This document shows positions 27,698 to 37,143 of a DNA stretch of 64,000 nt, one piece after another. Each line of letters opens with the position of its first letter. Positions within the stretch are counted from its first letter, which is position 1. Under the pieces are notes generated by a model. That model saw only the letters and a list, made by a program, of their open reading frames with translations. It was not told the origin of the DNA and made no database searches. The position numbers and the translations under genes were made by a program. The stretch comes from Planctomycetota bacterium (GTDB lineage Bacteria; Planctomycetota; UBA1135; UBA2386), in NCBI GenBank assembly GCA_016872675.1, contig VGZG01000001.1:10770-74769 (forward strand). Reading direction: 5' to 3'.

Positions 27698-30514
27698 ATG
27701 AACCTCGCCATGACGATCCGCCTCGCGGGCCTGCTGCCCCTCCTCGCCGCCGCCGTCGCGGCGCAAGCCACCGATCAGGAACACGCCCGCACCAATGTCT
27801 TCGCGCAGATGAAGTGGCGCGAACTCGGCCCGGTGATGAGCGGCGGCCGCATCGTCGACATCGCCGTGCACCCAACGAAGCCGCAGGTGTTCTGGCTGGC
27901 CGCCGGCAGCGGCGGCCTGTGGAAGACCGAGAACGGCGGCCTGCGCTTCACGCCGCAGTTCCAGGACGCCTATACGACGTCGATCGGCGACGTAGCCGTG
28001 GCGCCGAGCAACGGCGACGTGCTGTACGTCGGCACGGGCGAAGGCAACAACCAGCGCAGCTCGTACTGGGGCAACGGCGTGCACAAGTCGACCGACGGCG
28101 GCAAAACCTGGCGCCACGTCGGCCTCGACGGCGCCGACCACATCGGCCGCGTCGTCGTGCATCCGGCCAACGCCGACGTCTGCTACGTCGCCGCGCTCGG
28201 CGCGCTGTACACGACAAACGACCAGCGCGGTCTCTACAAGACCACCGACGGCGGCGCCACGTGGTCGCGCATCCACCACCTCGGCCCGGACGTCGGCTGC
28301 GTCGACGTCGCGCTCGATCCGACCAACCCTGATGTCGTCTACGCCGCCAGCTACGAACGCCGCCGCCGCGCCTGGAACTTCACCGAGGGCGGCCAGGGCT
28401 CGCGGTTGTGGAAGTCGACCGACGCCGGCGCGACCTGGAACCGACTCAACAAGGGCCTGCCCGAAGGCGTGCTCGGCCGCATCGGTCTCGACCTCGCCGC
28501 CGACGGCAAGACGCTGTACGCGACGATCGAGAACTGCAACCCGCGGGCCGACAAGGCCGCGGCCGAGCCCGAGAAGCCGACCGAGACGGAGTCGTCCGAG
28601 CCCGACAGTGAACTGCTCGCCGATGGCGTCGCGTTCGCCGAGCACGAGCGCAAGGTCGCGCAGGCACAGGACCCGGTTCGCCGCAGCCGCCGCAGCACGA
28701 TCGGCGGCGAGGTCTACCGCAGCGACGATGGCGGCGCGTCATGGCGCAAGACGCACGGCGACGACGTCAGCGTCGGCGGCGACCCCGGCTACTACTACGG
28801 CCAGGTGCGCGTCGATCCGACCGACAAGGAGACGGTCTACGTGCTGTCGGTGCCGGTGTACCGTTCGAGCGACGGCGGCAAGTCCTGGACGCCGGGCCGC
28901 GGCCGCGGCGGCGCCGCGTTCCACGGCAACTTGCATGTCGACCACCACGCGCTGTGGATCGACCCGAAGGACGGCAAGCACGCGCTGCTCGGCAACGACG
29001 GCGGCGTCGCCGTCACCTGGGACGGCGGCGCTTCGTGGGACCACCTGACGCACCTGCCGATCACGCAGTACTACGCGATCGCCGCCGACGACCGGCCGGT
29101 CTACCGCGTCTACGGCGGCCTGCAGGACAACGGCTCGTGGGGCTTCCCCATCCTCGGTCCGACCGGCGCCGGCCTGCGCGCGACCGACGCCTTCCGCATC
29201 GACGGCGGCGACGGCTTCTACGTCTGCGTCGATCCCAGCGATCCTGACGTTGTCTACAGCGAGTCGCAGTTCGGCGGCATGAGCCGGCAGGACCTGCGCA
29301 CCGGCGCGCGCAAGAGCATCAAGCCGACGGCGCAGAAGGGCGAGCAGCCGCTGCGTTTCAACTGGCAGACGCCACTGCTGCTATCGCCGCACGCGCCGCA
29401 CACGGTCTACACCGGCAGCCAGTTCGTCCACCGCTCGCGTGATCGTGGCGACAGTTGGCGCACGATCAGTCCGGACCTGACGACCAACGACCCAGACAAG
29501 AAGAAGGGCAACGTCCCACATTGCACGATCACGACGCTCGCCGAGTCGCCGCGCCAGGACGGCTGGCTCATGGTCGGCACTGACGACGGGCGCATATGGA
29601 GCACGAAGGACGGCGGCGGCCGCTGGACCGAGCTCACTGACCGCTTCCCGGCGGCGGTGAAAGGCCTGTGGGTCTCGCGCGTCGAAGCGTCGCCGCACGC
29701 CGACGGCACGGCGTTCGTGTCGTTCACCGGCTACCGCGAGGACGTGCGCGCTCCGTTCGTGTTCCGGACCGACGACGCCGGCGAGACCTGGACGGCGATC
29801 GCCAACGACCTGCCGCAGGAGCCGGTCAACGTCGTGCGCCAGCACCCGCGCAACCGTGCCGTGCTGCTGGTCGGCACCGAGATGGGCGTGTACGCGTCGC
29901 TCGACGACGGCGCCCACTGGCACCCGCTCGGCAGTGGTCTGCCGCGCACGGCCGTGCACGACCTCGTCGTGCAGCCGCGCCACGGCCACGTTCTGGTCGG
30001 CACCCATGGCCGCGGCGTCTTCGCGCTCGACGCCAAGGCGCTCGACGAGCTGACGGTGGAGAAGACGACCGCTGCCTTCACAGCGCTGCCGCCTAGCGAC
30101 GGCGCGCTGCTGCGCCGCGGCTTCAGCGAGGGCAACACGGGCGCCCGCGGTTGGTCGACGCCGAACCCGTTCGTGACGCCGACCTTCCGCTACGTGCTCG
30201 GCCAAGACGGCGGCGCCAAGGTGACGATCGAGGTGCTCGACGCTGCCGGCGCGGTGGTCTGGCGCAAGGACGGCCCGACTGCCGCCGGCTACCACGAGAT
30301 CGCCTGGGCCACGGAGCGCAACCAGGCCTTCGGCTTCGGCGGGCGCGGTGGCGGCAACGGTGGGCCGCGTTCCGGTCAGTTCGCGGTGCGCATCAGCCGC
30401 GGCGACCAGAGCCGCACGCAGGCGTTCACCGTGCACGACCGCCGCGGCCCAGGCAGCGGGCCTGACGTTCGCGGCGACGAAGGCGACGAGGGTGAGTTGG
30501 GCGACGATCGATAG
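27698..30514 (+). CDS. Sortilin/VPS10-like BNR (Asp-box) beta-propeller protein (paralog, no PDZ)
   Basis: 938-aa ORF with AAGGAG 7 nt upstream, inside the end of the previous gene. The signal peptide is MNLAMTIRLAGLLPLLAAAVAAQA. Its Asp-boxes (KSTDGGKTW, KTTDGGATW, KSTDAGATW, RSDDGGASW, RSSDGGKSW, STKDGGGRW, RTDDAGETW) are collinear with the upstream paralog. Confidence 0.88.
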   Translation: MNLAMTIRLAGLLPLLAAAVAAQATDQEHARTNVFAQMKWRELGPVMSGGRIVDIAVHPTKPQVFWLAAGSGGLWKTENGGLRFTPQFQDAYTTSIGDVAVAPSNGDVLYVGTGEGNNQRSSYWGNGVHKSTDGGKTWRHVGLDGADHIGRVVVHPANADVCYVAALGALYTTNDQRGLYKTTDGGATWSRIHHLGPDVGCVDVALDPTNPDVVYAASYERRRRAWNFTEGGQGSRLWKSTDAGATWNRLNKGLPEGVLGRIGLDLAADGKTLYATIENCNPRADKAAAEPEKPTETESSEPDSELLADGVAFAEHERKVAQAQDPVRRSRRSTIGGEVYRSDDGGASWRKTHGDDVSVGGDPGYYYGQVRVDPTDKETVYVLSVPVYRSSDGGKSWTPGRGRGGAAFHGNLHVDHHALWIDPKDGKHALLGNDGGVAVTWDGGASWDHLTHLPITQYYAIAADDRPVYRVYGGLQDNGSWGFPILGPTGAGLRATDAFRIDGGDGFYVCVDPSDPDVVYSESQFGGMSRQDLRTGARKSIKPTAQKGEQPLRFNWQTPLLLSPHAPHTVYTGSQFVHRSRDRGDSWRTISPDLTTNDPDKKKGNVPHCTITTLAESPRQDGWLMVGTDDGRIWSTKDGGGRWTELTDRFPAAVKGLWVSRVEASPHADGTAFVSFTGYREDVRAPFVFRTDDAGETWTAIANDLPQEPVNVVRQHPRNRAVLLVGTEMGVYASLDDGAHWHPLGSGLPRTAVHDLVVQPRHGHVLVGTHGRGVFALDAKALDELTVEKTTAAFTALPPSDGALLRRGFSEGNTGARGWSTPNPFVTPTFRYVLGQDGGAKVTIEVLDAAGAVVWRKDGPTAAGYHEIAWATERNQAFGFGGRGGGNGGPRSGQFAVRISRGDQSRTQAFTVHDRRGPGSGPDVRGDEGDEGELGDDR

Positions 30515-30701
30515 CTCGTTGCCGGTGGCACGAGCACACTCACGTTTCCGGCGCCTCCGGCGCCGGCGCTGGTCGGCAGCGCGCTGTCAACGCAGGCGCT
30601 GTCGCTGTCGCTCGCCAATTCGTTCGGCCTCGCGGCGCGCAATGGCCTGCGACTGCAAGTCGGCCAAGGTTATTGACGAACTAGCGGCGGACGGCGCCGT
30701 C

Positions 30702-30732
30702 CACTCACGGTCAGGGCCCCTGACCGTCAGTG
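30702..30732. terminator. Long GC-rich inverted repeat between convergent genes (candidate bidirectional terminator)
   Basis: ACGGTCAGGG-C-CCCTGACCGT is a perfect 10-bp arm (30707-30727), extendable with one mismatch to about 15 bp. It lies about 30 nt beyond the stop of the clpS-operon last gene. There is no U-tract. Confidence 0.4.
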
Positions 30733-30757
30733 CCACGGGCCGCCCGAGATCTGGCCG

Positions 30758-31270
30758 TCACAGATCGAGGTCGGTGATCGATCCGCACGACTCCACCGGC
30801 GCGTCGCCCAGCAGCACCGACTGCATCTCCGCCATCAAGTGGATGCTGTCGATCGCCTGCTGCTGCTGCGGCGTCGCCGGCTCCTCGCTGTCCAACTCCA
30901 TGTGGGCGGCATTGAGGTCGTTGAGGCAGTAGAGCGCCAATCGCGCGGCGTTGAGCGCCGCCAGCCACGCGCTGGCGTGCTGGTTGGTGATCAACAGCAG
31001 CAGCTTGCCGCCGCTCTTCATCGGCCGCATCGCGGCGAGGTCGCGGCCGACCAACGTCGAGCGCGACGCGAACAGGCGCTCGAGCTCAGGCACTGCGTGC
31101 TGGCGCCAATCGGCCTCGTGGCCAACGTCGTCGAGCGTCTCAGGCAGCAGACGCGCGCGCACGCGCGGGTCTTCGCTCTCGAGGAGCATCGGCACACCCT
31201 TGAGGATCTCGGCGGTGCGCGGCGACAGGTCGCCGAACAGCCAGCCTTCGTCGACGCGCGCGACCCACAT
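30758..31270 (-). CDS. Hypothetical protein downstream of clpS (DUF2017-like by recollection)
   Basis: 170-aa ORF, 30 nt after the clpS stop. The sequence MWVARVDEGWLFGDLSPRTAEILKGV...RARLLPETLDDVGHEADWRQHAVPEL resembles the ClpS-linked DUF2017 family known from Actinobacteria. This family call rests on memory, not on a search. Confidence 0.6.
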   Translation of the reverse strand: MWVARVDEGWLFGDLSPRTAEILKGVPMLLESEDPRVRARLLPETLDDVGHEADWRQHAVPELERLFASRSTLVGRDLAAMRPMKSGGKLLLLITNQHASAWLAALNAARLALYCLNDLNAAHMELDSEEPATPQQQQAIDSIHLMAEMQSVLLGDAPVESCGSITDLDL

Positions 31271-31300
31271 GATCAGCAGTCTCCGCAGGCGCAGATCGTC

Positions 31301-31597
31301 TCAGTCATCGACGATCTCCAGCGTGGTCAGCAGGTGATGCGCCTGCAGCTTCTGCGCGTAGAGCTCGGCCTGCTCCCGCCCACCGGTCCAGACGATCGAG
31401 CGGCCGGTCTTGTGCACCTCCATCATCAGCGTGCGCGCCTTGCTCTCGGCGTAAGCGAAGACCTGCATCAGAACCTTGGTGACGTAAGTCATCAGCGTGA
31501 CCGGGTCGTCGTGGACGATGACGTTCCACGGCCGCGACAACTGCGTCTCGGGACGCGTCTTGGTCTCGGTCTCGACCGCGGTTTTCACGCGCGCCAT
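31301..31597 (-). CDS. clpS: ATP-dependent Clp protease adaptor ClpS
   Basis: Track ORF 31301..31927 trimmed to MARVKTAVETETKTRPETQLSRPWNVIVHDDPVTLMTYVTKVLMQVF...EVHKTGRSIVWTGGREQAELY. The protein is 98 aa with a ClpS core. Confidence 0.88.
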   Translation of the reverse strand: MARVKTAVETETKTRPETQLSRPWNVIVHDDPVTLMTYVTKVLMQVFAYAESKARTLMMEVHKTGRSIVWTGGREQAELYAQKLQAHHLLTTLEIVDD

Positions 31598-31610
31598 GGG
31601 GGCAAGCACT

Positions 31611-32504
31611 CTAACGCGGAACGCCCGCGCCGGTAGCGGCGCCGGGGAGCGACACGACCTCGAGCCGATCGGCGGCGAACACGGGCGCCAGCAAGCGGCC
31701 GCGCACGGCGTCCAGCGCGAGGTCCCCCGCCTCGATCGGCGCGCCCGGCAGACGCTGTACGCCGCCCTTGGCGTCGAAGCGATAGAGGCACTTGCCGGCC
31801 CGTGACGCCGCGATCCAACCAACGCCGCTGACGTCTTCGACGCGCGCGAGTCCGGCGAGCAGCGCCGTCGGCGCCGTCGCCAGTTCGGTGCGCACGCCGC
31901 GGTAGTCGATCTGCGCGAACGTGCCATCGCGCCAACTGGCGACGTAGAGCCCTTGCGGCCGGGCGACCAGCGCCGACGGCTGACCGAGCGCGACGCCCTT
32001 CGCCAGCGCCGTCAACACGCCGTCCGGCGCAATGCGCCAGATCGCGTCCGATCCAGTCGCCGCCCAGGCGCCATCGCAGCCGCGGTCGGTGACGTAGACG
32101 CTGCCGTCCGGCCCGACCGCGAGGTCGTCGAGGAAGCTGGCGCCGGGAATCGCAATCTCGCCGCGCGGCGCGCCGCTCGCCGCGTCGAAGCGACGGACGC
32201 CGTCGATGTCGGCGACGTGCAGGACGCCGGCGTGGATCGCCATGCCCTTGGGCGCGTGCAGCATGACGCCGCCAACGCCTGAGCGGAGCCAATGCCGCTC
32301 CATGGCCCCGTCGGGCCGGACGCGACTGATGTAGCCGTTGCCGTCCTTGGCGAGCGGCTGGCCATTGACGTTGCTGACGAGATACATGTCGGCGACGACG
32401 TCGTGCAGCGCTGACCACGGGCCATCGAAGCCAGGCGGCTCGGCCGGCGCGCAACCTGCCGCCAGCGCGCCGACGCACGCGAGGATGGCGCGGACGGAGC
32501 TCAC
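31611..32504 (-). CDS. Lipoprotein with SMP-30/gluconolactonase/NHL-like beta-propeller
   Basis: Track ORF 31611..33551 trimmed to the second GTG after GAAGGAG, with 5 nt spacing. The N-terminus VSSVRAILACVGALAAGC carries a lipobox. Repeated blades are present (GMAIHAGVLHVADI, GPDGSVYVTDRG, PQGLYVASW). The start overlaps the EVE gene stop (GTGA). Confidence 0.72.
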   Translation of the reverse strand: MSSVRAILACVGALAAGCAPAEPPGFDGPWSALHDVVADMYLVSNVNGQPLAKDGNGYISRVRPDGAMERHWLRSGVGGVMLHAPKGMAIHAGVLHVADIDGVRRFDAASGAPRGEIAIPGASFLDDLAVGPDGSVYVTDRGCDGAWAATGSDAIWRIAPDGVLTALAKGVALGQPSALVARPQGLYVASWRDGTFAQIDYRGVRTELATAPTALLAGLARVEDVSGVGWIAASRAGKCLYRFDAKGGVQRLPGAPIEAGDLALDAVRGRLLAPVFAADRLEVVSLPGAATGAGVPR

Positions 32505-32998
32505 CACGACTCCTTCTGGCCGCCGAGCGCGAGGATCGCTCGCCATTCCGCGGCAGCAACCGGCTGCACCGACAGGCGGCTGCCGGCGCGCAGCAGCATC
32601 ATGTCGGCGAGCGCCGGCTCCTGCTTCATCGCCTCGCGCGTCACCGGCGCGCGCATCGGGCCGACGCAAGCGATGTCGACCATGAACCAAGTCGGGTCGG
32701 ACGGATCGCTGTCCGCGTCGTAGTAGGCATGCTTCGGCTCGAACGCCGTGTGATCCGGGTAGCCGGCCTTGACGACCTTGGCGACGCCGACGACGGCCAT
32801 TGGCTTGGCGTTGCTGTGGTAGAACAGGACGCCGTCGCCGACCTTGATGGCGTCGCGCAACAGGTTGCGCGCCTCGTAGTTGCGCACGCCGTGCCAAAAG
32901 GTGCGCCCGTCGCGCTCGAACTGCTCGAAGCGGTAGGCCTCGGGCTCGGACTTGAACAGCCAGTAACGGCGTCCGGCGGCTTGCTTGTTGGTCGCCAT
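32501..32998 (-). CDS. EVE (PUA-like) domain protein
   Basis: 165-aa ORF with the EVE-family hallmarks RYWLFKSEPEAYRFEQFERDGRTFWHGVRNYEARNLLRDAIKVGDGVLFYHS. Confidence 0.85.
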   Translation of the reverse strand: MATNKQAAGRRYWLFKSEPEAYRFEQFERDGRTFWHGVRNYEARNLLRDAIKVGDGVLFYHSNAKPMAVVGVAKVVKAGYPDHTAFEPKHAYYDADSDPSDPTWFMVDIACVGPMRAPVTREAMKQEPALADMMLLRAGSRLSVQPVAAAEWRAILALGGQKESW

Positions 32999-33034
32999 GC
33001 GAAACGGCGACGATAGCCGGCAGGCAGGCGACCG

Positions 33035-34795
33035 CTACTGCCAGAGCGCGCGCAGTTCGCGGCTCTGGCGGGTCGACAGTTCGAACGCGACGGCGGCGCG
33101 CTCGCCCGACTGCACGGTCAATGGCCGGTCGGCGGCGTCCTCGAACACGCGCAGCGCGCCGAGTTCGTCGCCGTTGACGCGCAACAAACGGAGAGTCCAG
33201 TCGGGCGCATCGAAGCGCGCGCCGCGGGCGTCGACGGCCTTGGCGGCAACAAGGTCGCGCAACTCGTCCTGCGCGAACTCGCCAACCTCGGGCCGCGCGC
33301 CGTCGGCGCCGACCAAGCGCCAGCGACCGTCCTCGATCCGGAAACTGCGAGCGCGACCGTCCCTGTGCGCGAGATCGAGGCGTTCGAGGGTCGCGGACTG
33401 CGTGAACACGCGCTTGCTGACGTAGTCGAGCCAAGGCCGGCGCAGCACGGTGACCGAGCCGACCGGCACCAGCGCGATGGTGTCCGGCTCGTCGACGCGA
33501 CAGGCGTGCACGACCGCTTCCTCGCCGTGGCGAGCGTCGGCCCCGAACCACAATGTCGTCGCCTTGGTCTCACGGGCGGTGCGCGTCGAAAGCGCCGTAC
33601 GACCCGCCTGCAGGCCGTAGCGGGGATCCTCGACGCGCGGCCGCGGACCGTCCTTGTCGTCGCAGAACTCCACCGCCGTCAACAGCTGGATCGCCTCGAT
33701 CAACTCATTGCACGGCGTCGGCGCCGCCGCCCACTGCACCGGCTCAACCAGCCGCCAGTCGCCGCTCGCTGATTCGCGCACGATGCGAAGCCGGTCGTTG
33801 TCCCGACCCTGGCCCGGATCGACAACGATGTCGACCAACTCGGCGAAGGCGGTTTGGTCGAACGGCAGCAGGATGCGGGCGCGCAAGTTCTCGGCGGCGT
33901 TGTCGAAGATCTGCGCGTACTGCAGGCTGCTGCTGGTGAACGCGAGCTGGCGGCCGGGCAGCGAGCCGAAGAGCTCGCGGCGCTCGTCCCACAGCGACAG
34001 TCGCTCCTCGCCGAACGCGCCAACGACGGTCACGCGCACGCGCGGCTCGCGGTCCGGAAAGCGCACGACGCCCGGCAGGAAGTCGTCAACGCGCAATGAC
34101 AGAACGGCTGTCACGAAGCGCTGCGTGGCATTCGGATCGGCGCGCCCATCGAGCGGCGCCAGCAGCCGCCAGCCGGTCGCCGCCAGCTTCAGGTGCAGGG
34201 TCTCCTTATTGCCTGAGTCGAGCAGGTGCTCGACGCGCACTTCGCTCGCCTGGGCGAAGGCGTTGCGGAACACCGCCTTCTCGCGCAGGTCATCGGGGTT
34301 GGCGCGCATGCTCTCGAGCAGCGCCTGACCGCCTTCCCAGATGGCGCCATGGCTGCGCAGGAAGCGCGTCGTGCCGAGCGGGCCCTCGGCGCCGACCTCG
34401 ACGCGGATCTCGTGGCCATCAGCGAAGCGCGCCAGGAATTCCAGCTGCGGTTCGACGAGGCCCGCCTTCTGCCGACCGTCGGCGTCGTCGGCGAGCGGCG
34501 CCTTGCGCATCTGGGCGCTGTCCCACGCGTCGCAGATCTGCTTCATGTGCGCCGCTGAGGCCAGGTCGACAAGGGGCTCGCGCATTTGGAAGCGACCATC
34601 GGGGCCGCGGCCCAGCTCGATCGGCGGCCGCTCGCGGAACTGCCAGCGGATCATCGCGGCGTCGGCGAGCGAGCGGCCCTCGAGCACCGCCGTTTCGGCC
34701 TGCTTCTTCACCTCGACGGTCTGGTCAGTAAGCAGCAGCAGGGCGCCGAGACTGGCGCACAACAGGAGCAGAACGACGATGCCGCGCGTGCCCAT
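33035..34795 (-). CDS. DUF4340 domain protein (4th gene of the ABC-2/GldG-type operon)
   Basis: 586-aa ORF with the N-terminal anchor MGTRGIVVLLLLCASLGALLLL. Its ATG abuts the TAG of the GldG-like gene (34796-34798). The family call rests on the canonical gene order and repeated beta-rich segments. Confidence 0.7.
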   Translation of the reverse strand: MGTRGIVVLLLLCASLGALLLLTDQTVEVKKQAETAVLEGRSLADAAMIRWQFRERPPIELGRGPDGRFQMREPLVDLASAAHMKQICDAWDSAQMRKAPLADDADGRQKAGLVEPQLEFLARFADGHEIRVEVGAEGPLGTTRFLRSHGAIWEGGQALLESMRANPDDLREKAVFRNAFAQASEVRVEHLLDSGNKETLHLKLAATGWRLLAPLDGRADPNATQRFVTAVLSLRVDDFLPGVVRFPDREPRVRVTVVGAFGEERLSLWDERRELFGSLPGRQLAFTSSSLQYAQIFDNAAENLRARILLPFDQTAFAELVDIVVDPGQGRDNDRLRIVRESASGDWRLVEPVQWAAAPTPCNELIEAIQLLTAVEFCDDKDGPRPRVEDPRYGLQAGRTALSTRTARETKATTLWFGADARHGEEAVVHACRVDEPDTIALVPVGSVTVLRRPWLDYVSKRVFTQSATLERLDLAHRDGRARSFRIEDGRWRLVGADGARPEVGEFAQDELRDLVAAKAVDARGARFDAPDWTLRLLRVNGDELGALRVFEDAADRPLTVQSGERAAVAFELSTRQSRELRALWQ

Positions 34796-36379
34796 CTACT
34801 GCCTCCGACGCCAAACGACGAACAAGCCGAGCAACAGGAATGCGCCAGGCACGCCCCACACGACGAACCAGCCGACGCGGTCGAGCTGCTGCGGCTGCAA
34901 CGACAGGTGCTTGGCCTCGTAGCCCGGCGCCTTCAGGTCCAGCAGCGCCCGACGCTCGGCCATCCAGTTGCAGACGTTGAGCCCGAAGTCACCAAAGGCG
35001 GCGAGCCCGGCGTTGTTGCAGAAGACGCCGCCGACGACGACGGCGAAACCGCTCTTCGGTCCGTCCGGGCGCACGGCGTCGGGCGCAACGTCGAGCTCGA
35101 GCGCCATCGCGACGTCGAACGGTTGCAACTGCACGTTGGGCGCGCGGTAGTCGGGATAGCCGTCGGGGCCGACGACGCCGAGCCACCCCTGCTCGCCGGT
35201 GCGCAGCAGCGCCTCGCGGCGGACCGACGGCGGCGCGCCGGCGCGCTCACGCACGCCGCGCGCCATCGCCACCTCGAGCGGCCGGCCCGACTGCGCGATG
35301 CGCCGCGTCGTCGGATGCAGCGGGTTGACGAACATCTCCAGCTTGGCGACCGCCGGGTCGCCGTCGAGGCCGCGACCGGCCGTGCGGCCGCGAAGCTCGC
35401 GGATCCGGTGAAACACCGGCTGGGCGCTGAGCTCGTAGCCGAGCAGTTCGCCGAGCTTGCCGCCGTCCGGGTTGGCGTCGGGCTGCGGGTTCCAGGCGTA
35501 GTTGAGCAACACGCGGCCGCCGCGGCGCAGGTACTCGTGGATCGCCTGCGCCGTGCGGTCGGGAAACTCGGACGTCGGCTCGAGCACGAGCACCAGCGCC
35601 GCGTCCTCGGGCACGCCGGCCGACTGACTGATGCGCCACTCGCGCACCTCGAAGCCGCTCTTGCCGAGCGCGGCGAGGAAGCCGCTGTAACCGTACGCGG
35701 TCTCGCCGAGGCTGAGCAGCGGCGAGAAGTCGCGCATCAGGTAGACGACCGGCGTGCCCTCGACCAGCAGGCTCTTGAGCGCCGAACTGATCTGCTCCTC
35801 GCCAACGAAGCGCTTGAGCACCGGCAGGCTGACGCGGCTCATCGGCCCCCCGCCCTGGTTGGAGCGTTCGATCTGGCCAAGGTCGAGCGGCAGGGACAGC
35901 TTGCGGAATCGCCGCTCCTTGCCGGGCATGCGCACGGCGACGACGAGCACGTCGGTCTCGGCGTCGGTGTAGCCGAAGGCCTGCGCGTCCTCGCGCGTCT
36001 TCTGCGCGTCGGCGTAGAAGTCGTGCGCGACGATCTTGACGCTTTCGCCACCGAGGAACTGGTAGCGCACCAGCAGGAGGCGCGTCAGCTCGCGCAAGCG
36101 TTCGCGGATGCGGAACTCCTGGCGCTTCCAGTCATCGGCCGCCTCGCCGGCGTACGGCGGGTAGAAGAGGTGGAACTCGATCGCGGCCTTGCGCCCACGC
36201 AAGTCGACGAGCAGTTCCTCGCTGACCGGGTCGACCGAGTTGACCTGTTGCGGGGTCAGGTCGATCAGCGCCTTGAGCGCCGGGCGCGCCGACGCCCACA
36301 CGAGGAGCGCCCAGAAAACCAGCAGCAGCGCGCCGCCGACGATCAGTTGCAGCCAAAGGCCGAAGCGACGCGACCTCAT
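34796..36379 (-). CDS. GldG-like ABC-type uncharacterized transport system auxiliary protein
   Basis: Track ORF trimmed to MRSRRFGLWLQLIVGGALLLVFWALLVW, whose ATG overlaps the permease stop (ATGA). It has a C-terminal TM (VGWFVVWGVPGAFLLLGLFVVW) and a large extracytoplasmic middle, as in GldG. Confidence 0.75.
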   Translation of the reverse strand: MRSRRFGLWLQLIVGGALLLVFWALLVWASARPALKALIDLTPQQVNSVDPVSEELLVDLRGRKAAIEFHLFYPPYAGEAADDWKRQEFRIRERLRELTRLLLVRYQFLGGESVKIVAHDFYADAQKTREDAQAFGYTDAETDVLVVAVRMPGKERRFRKLSLPLDLGQIERSNQGGGPMSRVSLPVLKRFVGEEQISSALKSLLVEGTPVVYLMRDFSPLLSLGETAYGYSGFLAALGKSGFEVREWRISQSAGVPEDAALVLVLEPTSEFPDRTAQAIHEYLRRGGRVLLNYAWNPQPDANPDGGKLGELLGYELSAQPVFHRIRELRGRTAGRGLDGDPAVAKLEMFVNPLHPTTRRIAQSGRPLEVAMARGVRERAGAPPSVRREALLRTGEQGWLGVVGPDGYPDYRAPNVQLQPFDVAMALELDVAPDAVRPDGPKSGFAVVVGGVFCNNAGLAAFGDFGLNVCNWMAERRALLDLKAPGYEAKHLSLQPQQLDRVGWFVVWGVPGAFLLLGLFVVWRRRQ

Positions 36380-37143
36380 CCGATCCTCCGCGCCGCGAGA
36401 CTGATGCCACATAGGCAGAGAAAGAACGCGATGCCGCCGACGTAGAACGCGACCTGGCTAGTGTCGATCAACCCGCGCGCGAACCACTCGCTGAAGTTCC
36501 GCATCACGTCGAACTTGTCGAGCAGCTCGCGCACGCGCCAGTCCTGCGCCGCCTCGCCGAGCAGGCCGGCGATCTGCCGGGGCAGCGTCAGCAGACCGTA
36601 GTCGAACATGATCGTCAGCAGCGCGGCCAACAGCACGTTGTCGGTCAAGCTGCTAGCGAAGCAGCCAAACGCGAGCAGCATGCCAGCAAGCAGGAACATG
36701 CCGAGGTAGGCGGCGAACACCGGGCCGAACGCGAGGTCAGCAGCGAGGAACGGGCCGTACTCGAGGACGTGCAGCACGAGCACGCTAGGCAGCCACAGCA
36801 GCGAGTAGAACGCCGTCGCCGCCGCCCACTTGCCGAGGATCACTTCGCCGTCGCGCACCGGCGCGGTCAACAGCGTCTCCAGCGAGCCGGTGCGCCGCTC
36901 CTCGGCGAAGCTGCGCATCGTCAGCAGGCCGGGCACCAGCACGACCATCAGGAAGGTGCTGCCGAGCGAGTAGGTCTGCGGCGGCAGCAATTCCTGGTCG
37001 ACGCGGTAGCGCGCGAAGTAGTCGACCAAGGCGCGCAGCTCGAGGCCGCGCCACCAGTAGAACAGCACGCCGACGATCCAGCTGACCGGGCTGACGCAGT
37101 ACGACAGCAGTTCCTTGCGGAAGGTCACCAGCGCCCCGTTCAT
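36376..37143 (-). CDS. ABC-2 type transporter permease
   Basis: Track ORF trimmed to MNGALVTFRKELLSYCVSP, whose ATG overlaps the ATPase stop (ATGA). It has 6 hydrophobic segments and the ABC-2 motif FAEERRTGSLETLLTAP. Confidence 0.85.
   Translation of the reverse strand: MNGALVTFRKELLSYCVSPVSWIVGVLFYWWRGLELRALVDYFARYRVDQELLPPQTYSLGSTFLMVVLVPGLLTMRSFAEERRTGSLETLLTAPVRDGEVILGKWAAATAFYSLLWLPSVLVLHVLEYGPFLAADLAFGPVFAAYLGMFLLAGMLLAFGCFASSLTDNVLLAALLTIMFDYGLLTLPRQIAGLLGEAAQDWRVRELLDKFDVMRNFSEWFARGLIDTSQVAFYVGGIAFFLCLCGISLAARRIG

Noticed and set aside
30590-30620. A short direct repeat, ctgtcgctgtcgctcgcc, in the convergent intergenic region, considered as a possible CRISPR or tandem-repeat signal.
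   Set aside because: It has only about 2.5 copies of a 6-mer and no spacer-repeat periodicity. No longer repeat array was seen anywhere in the window.
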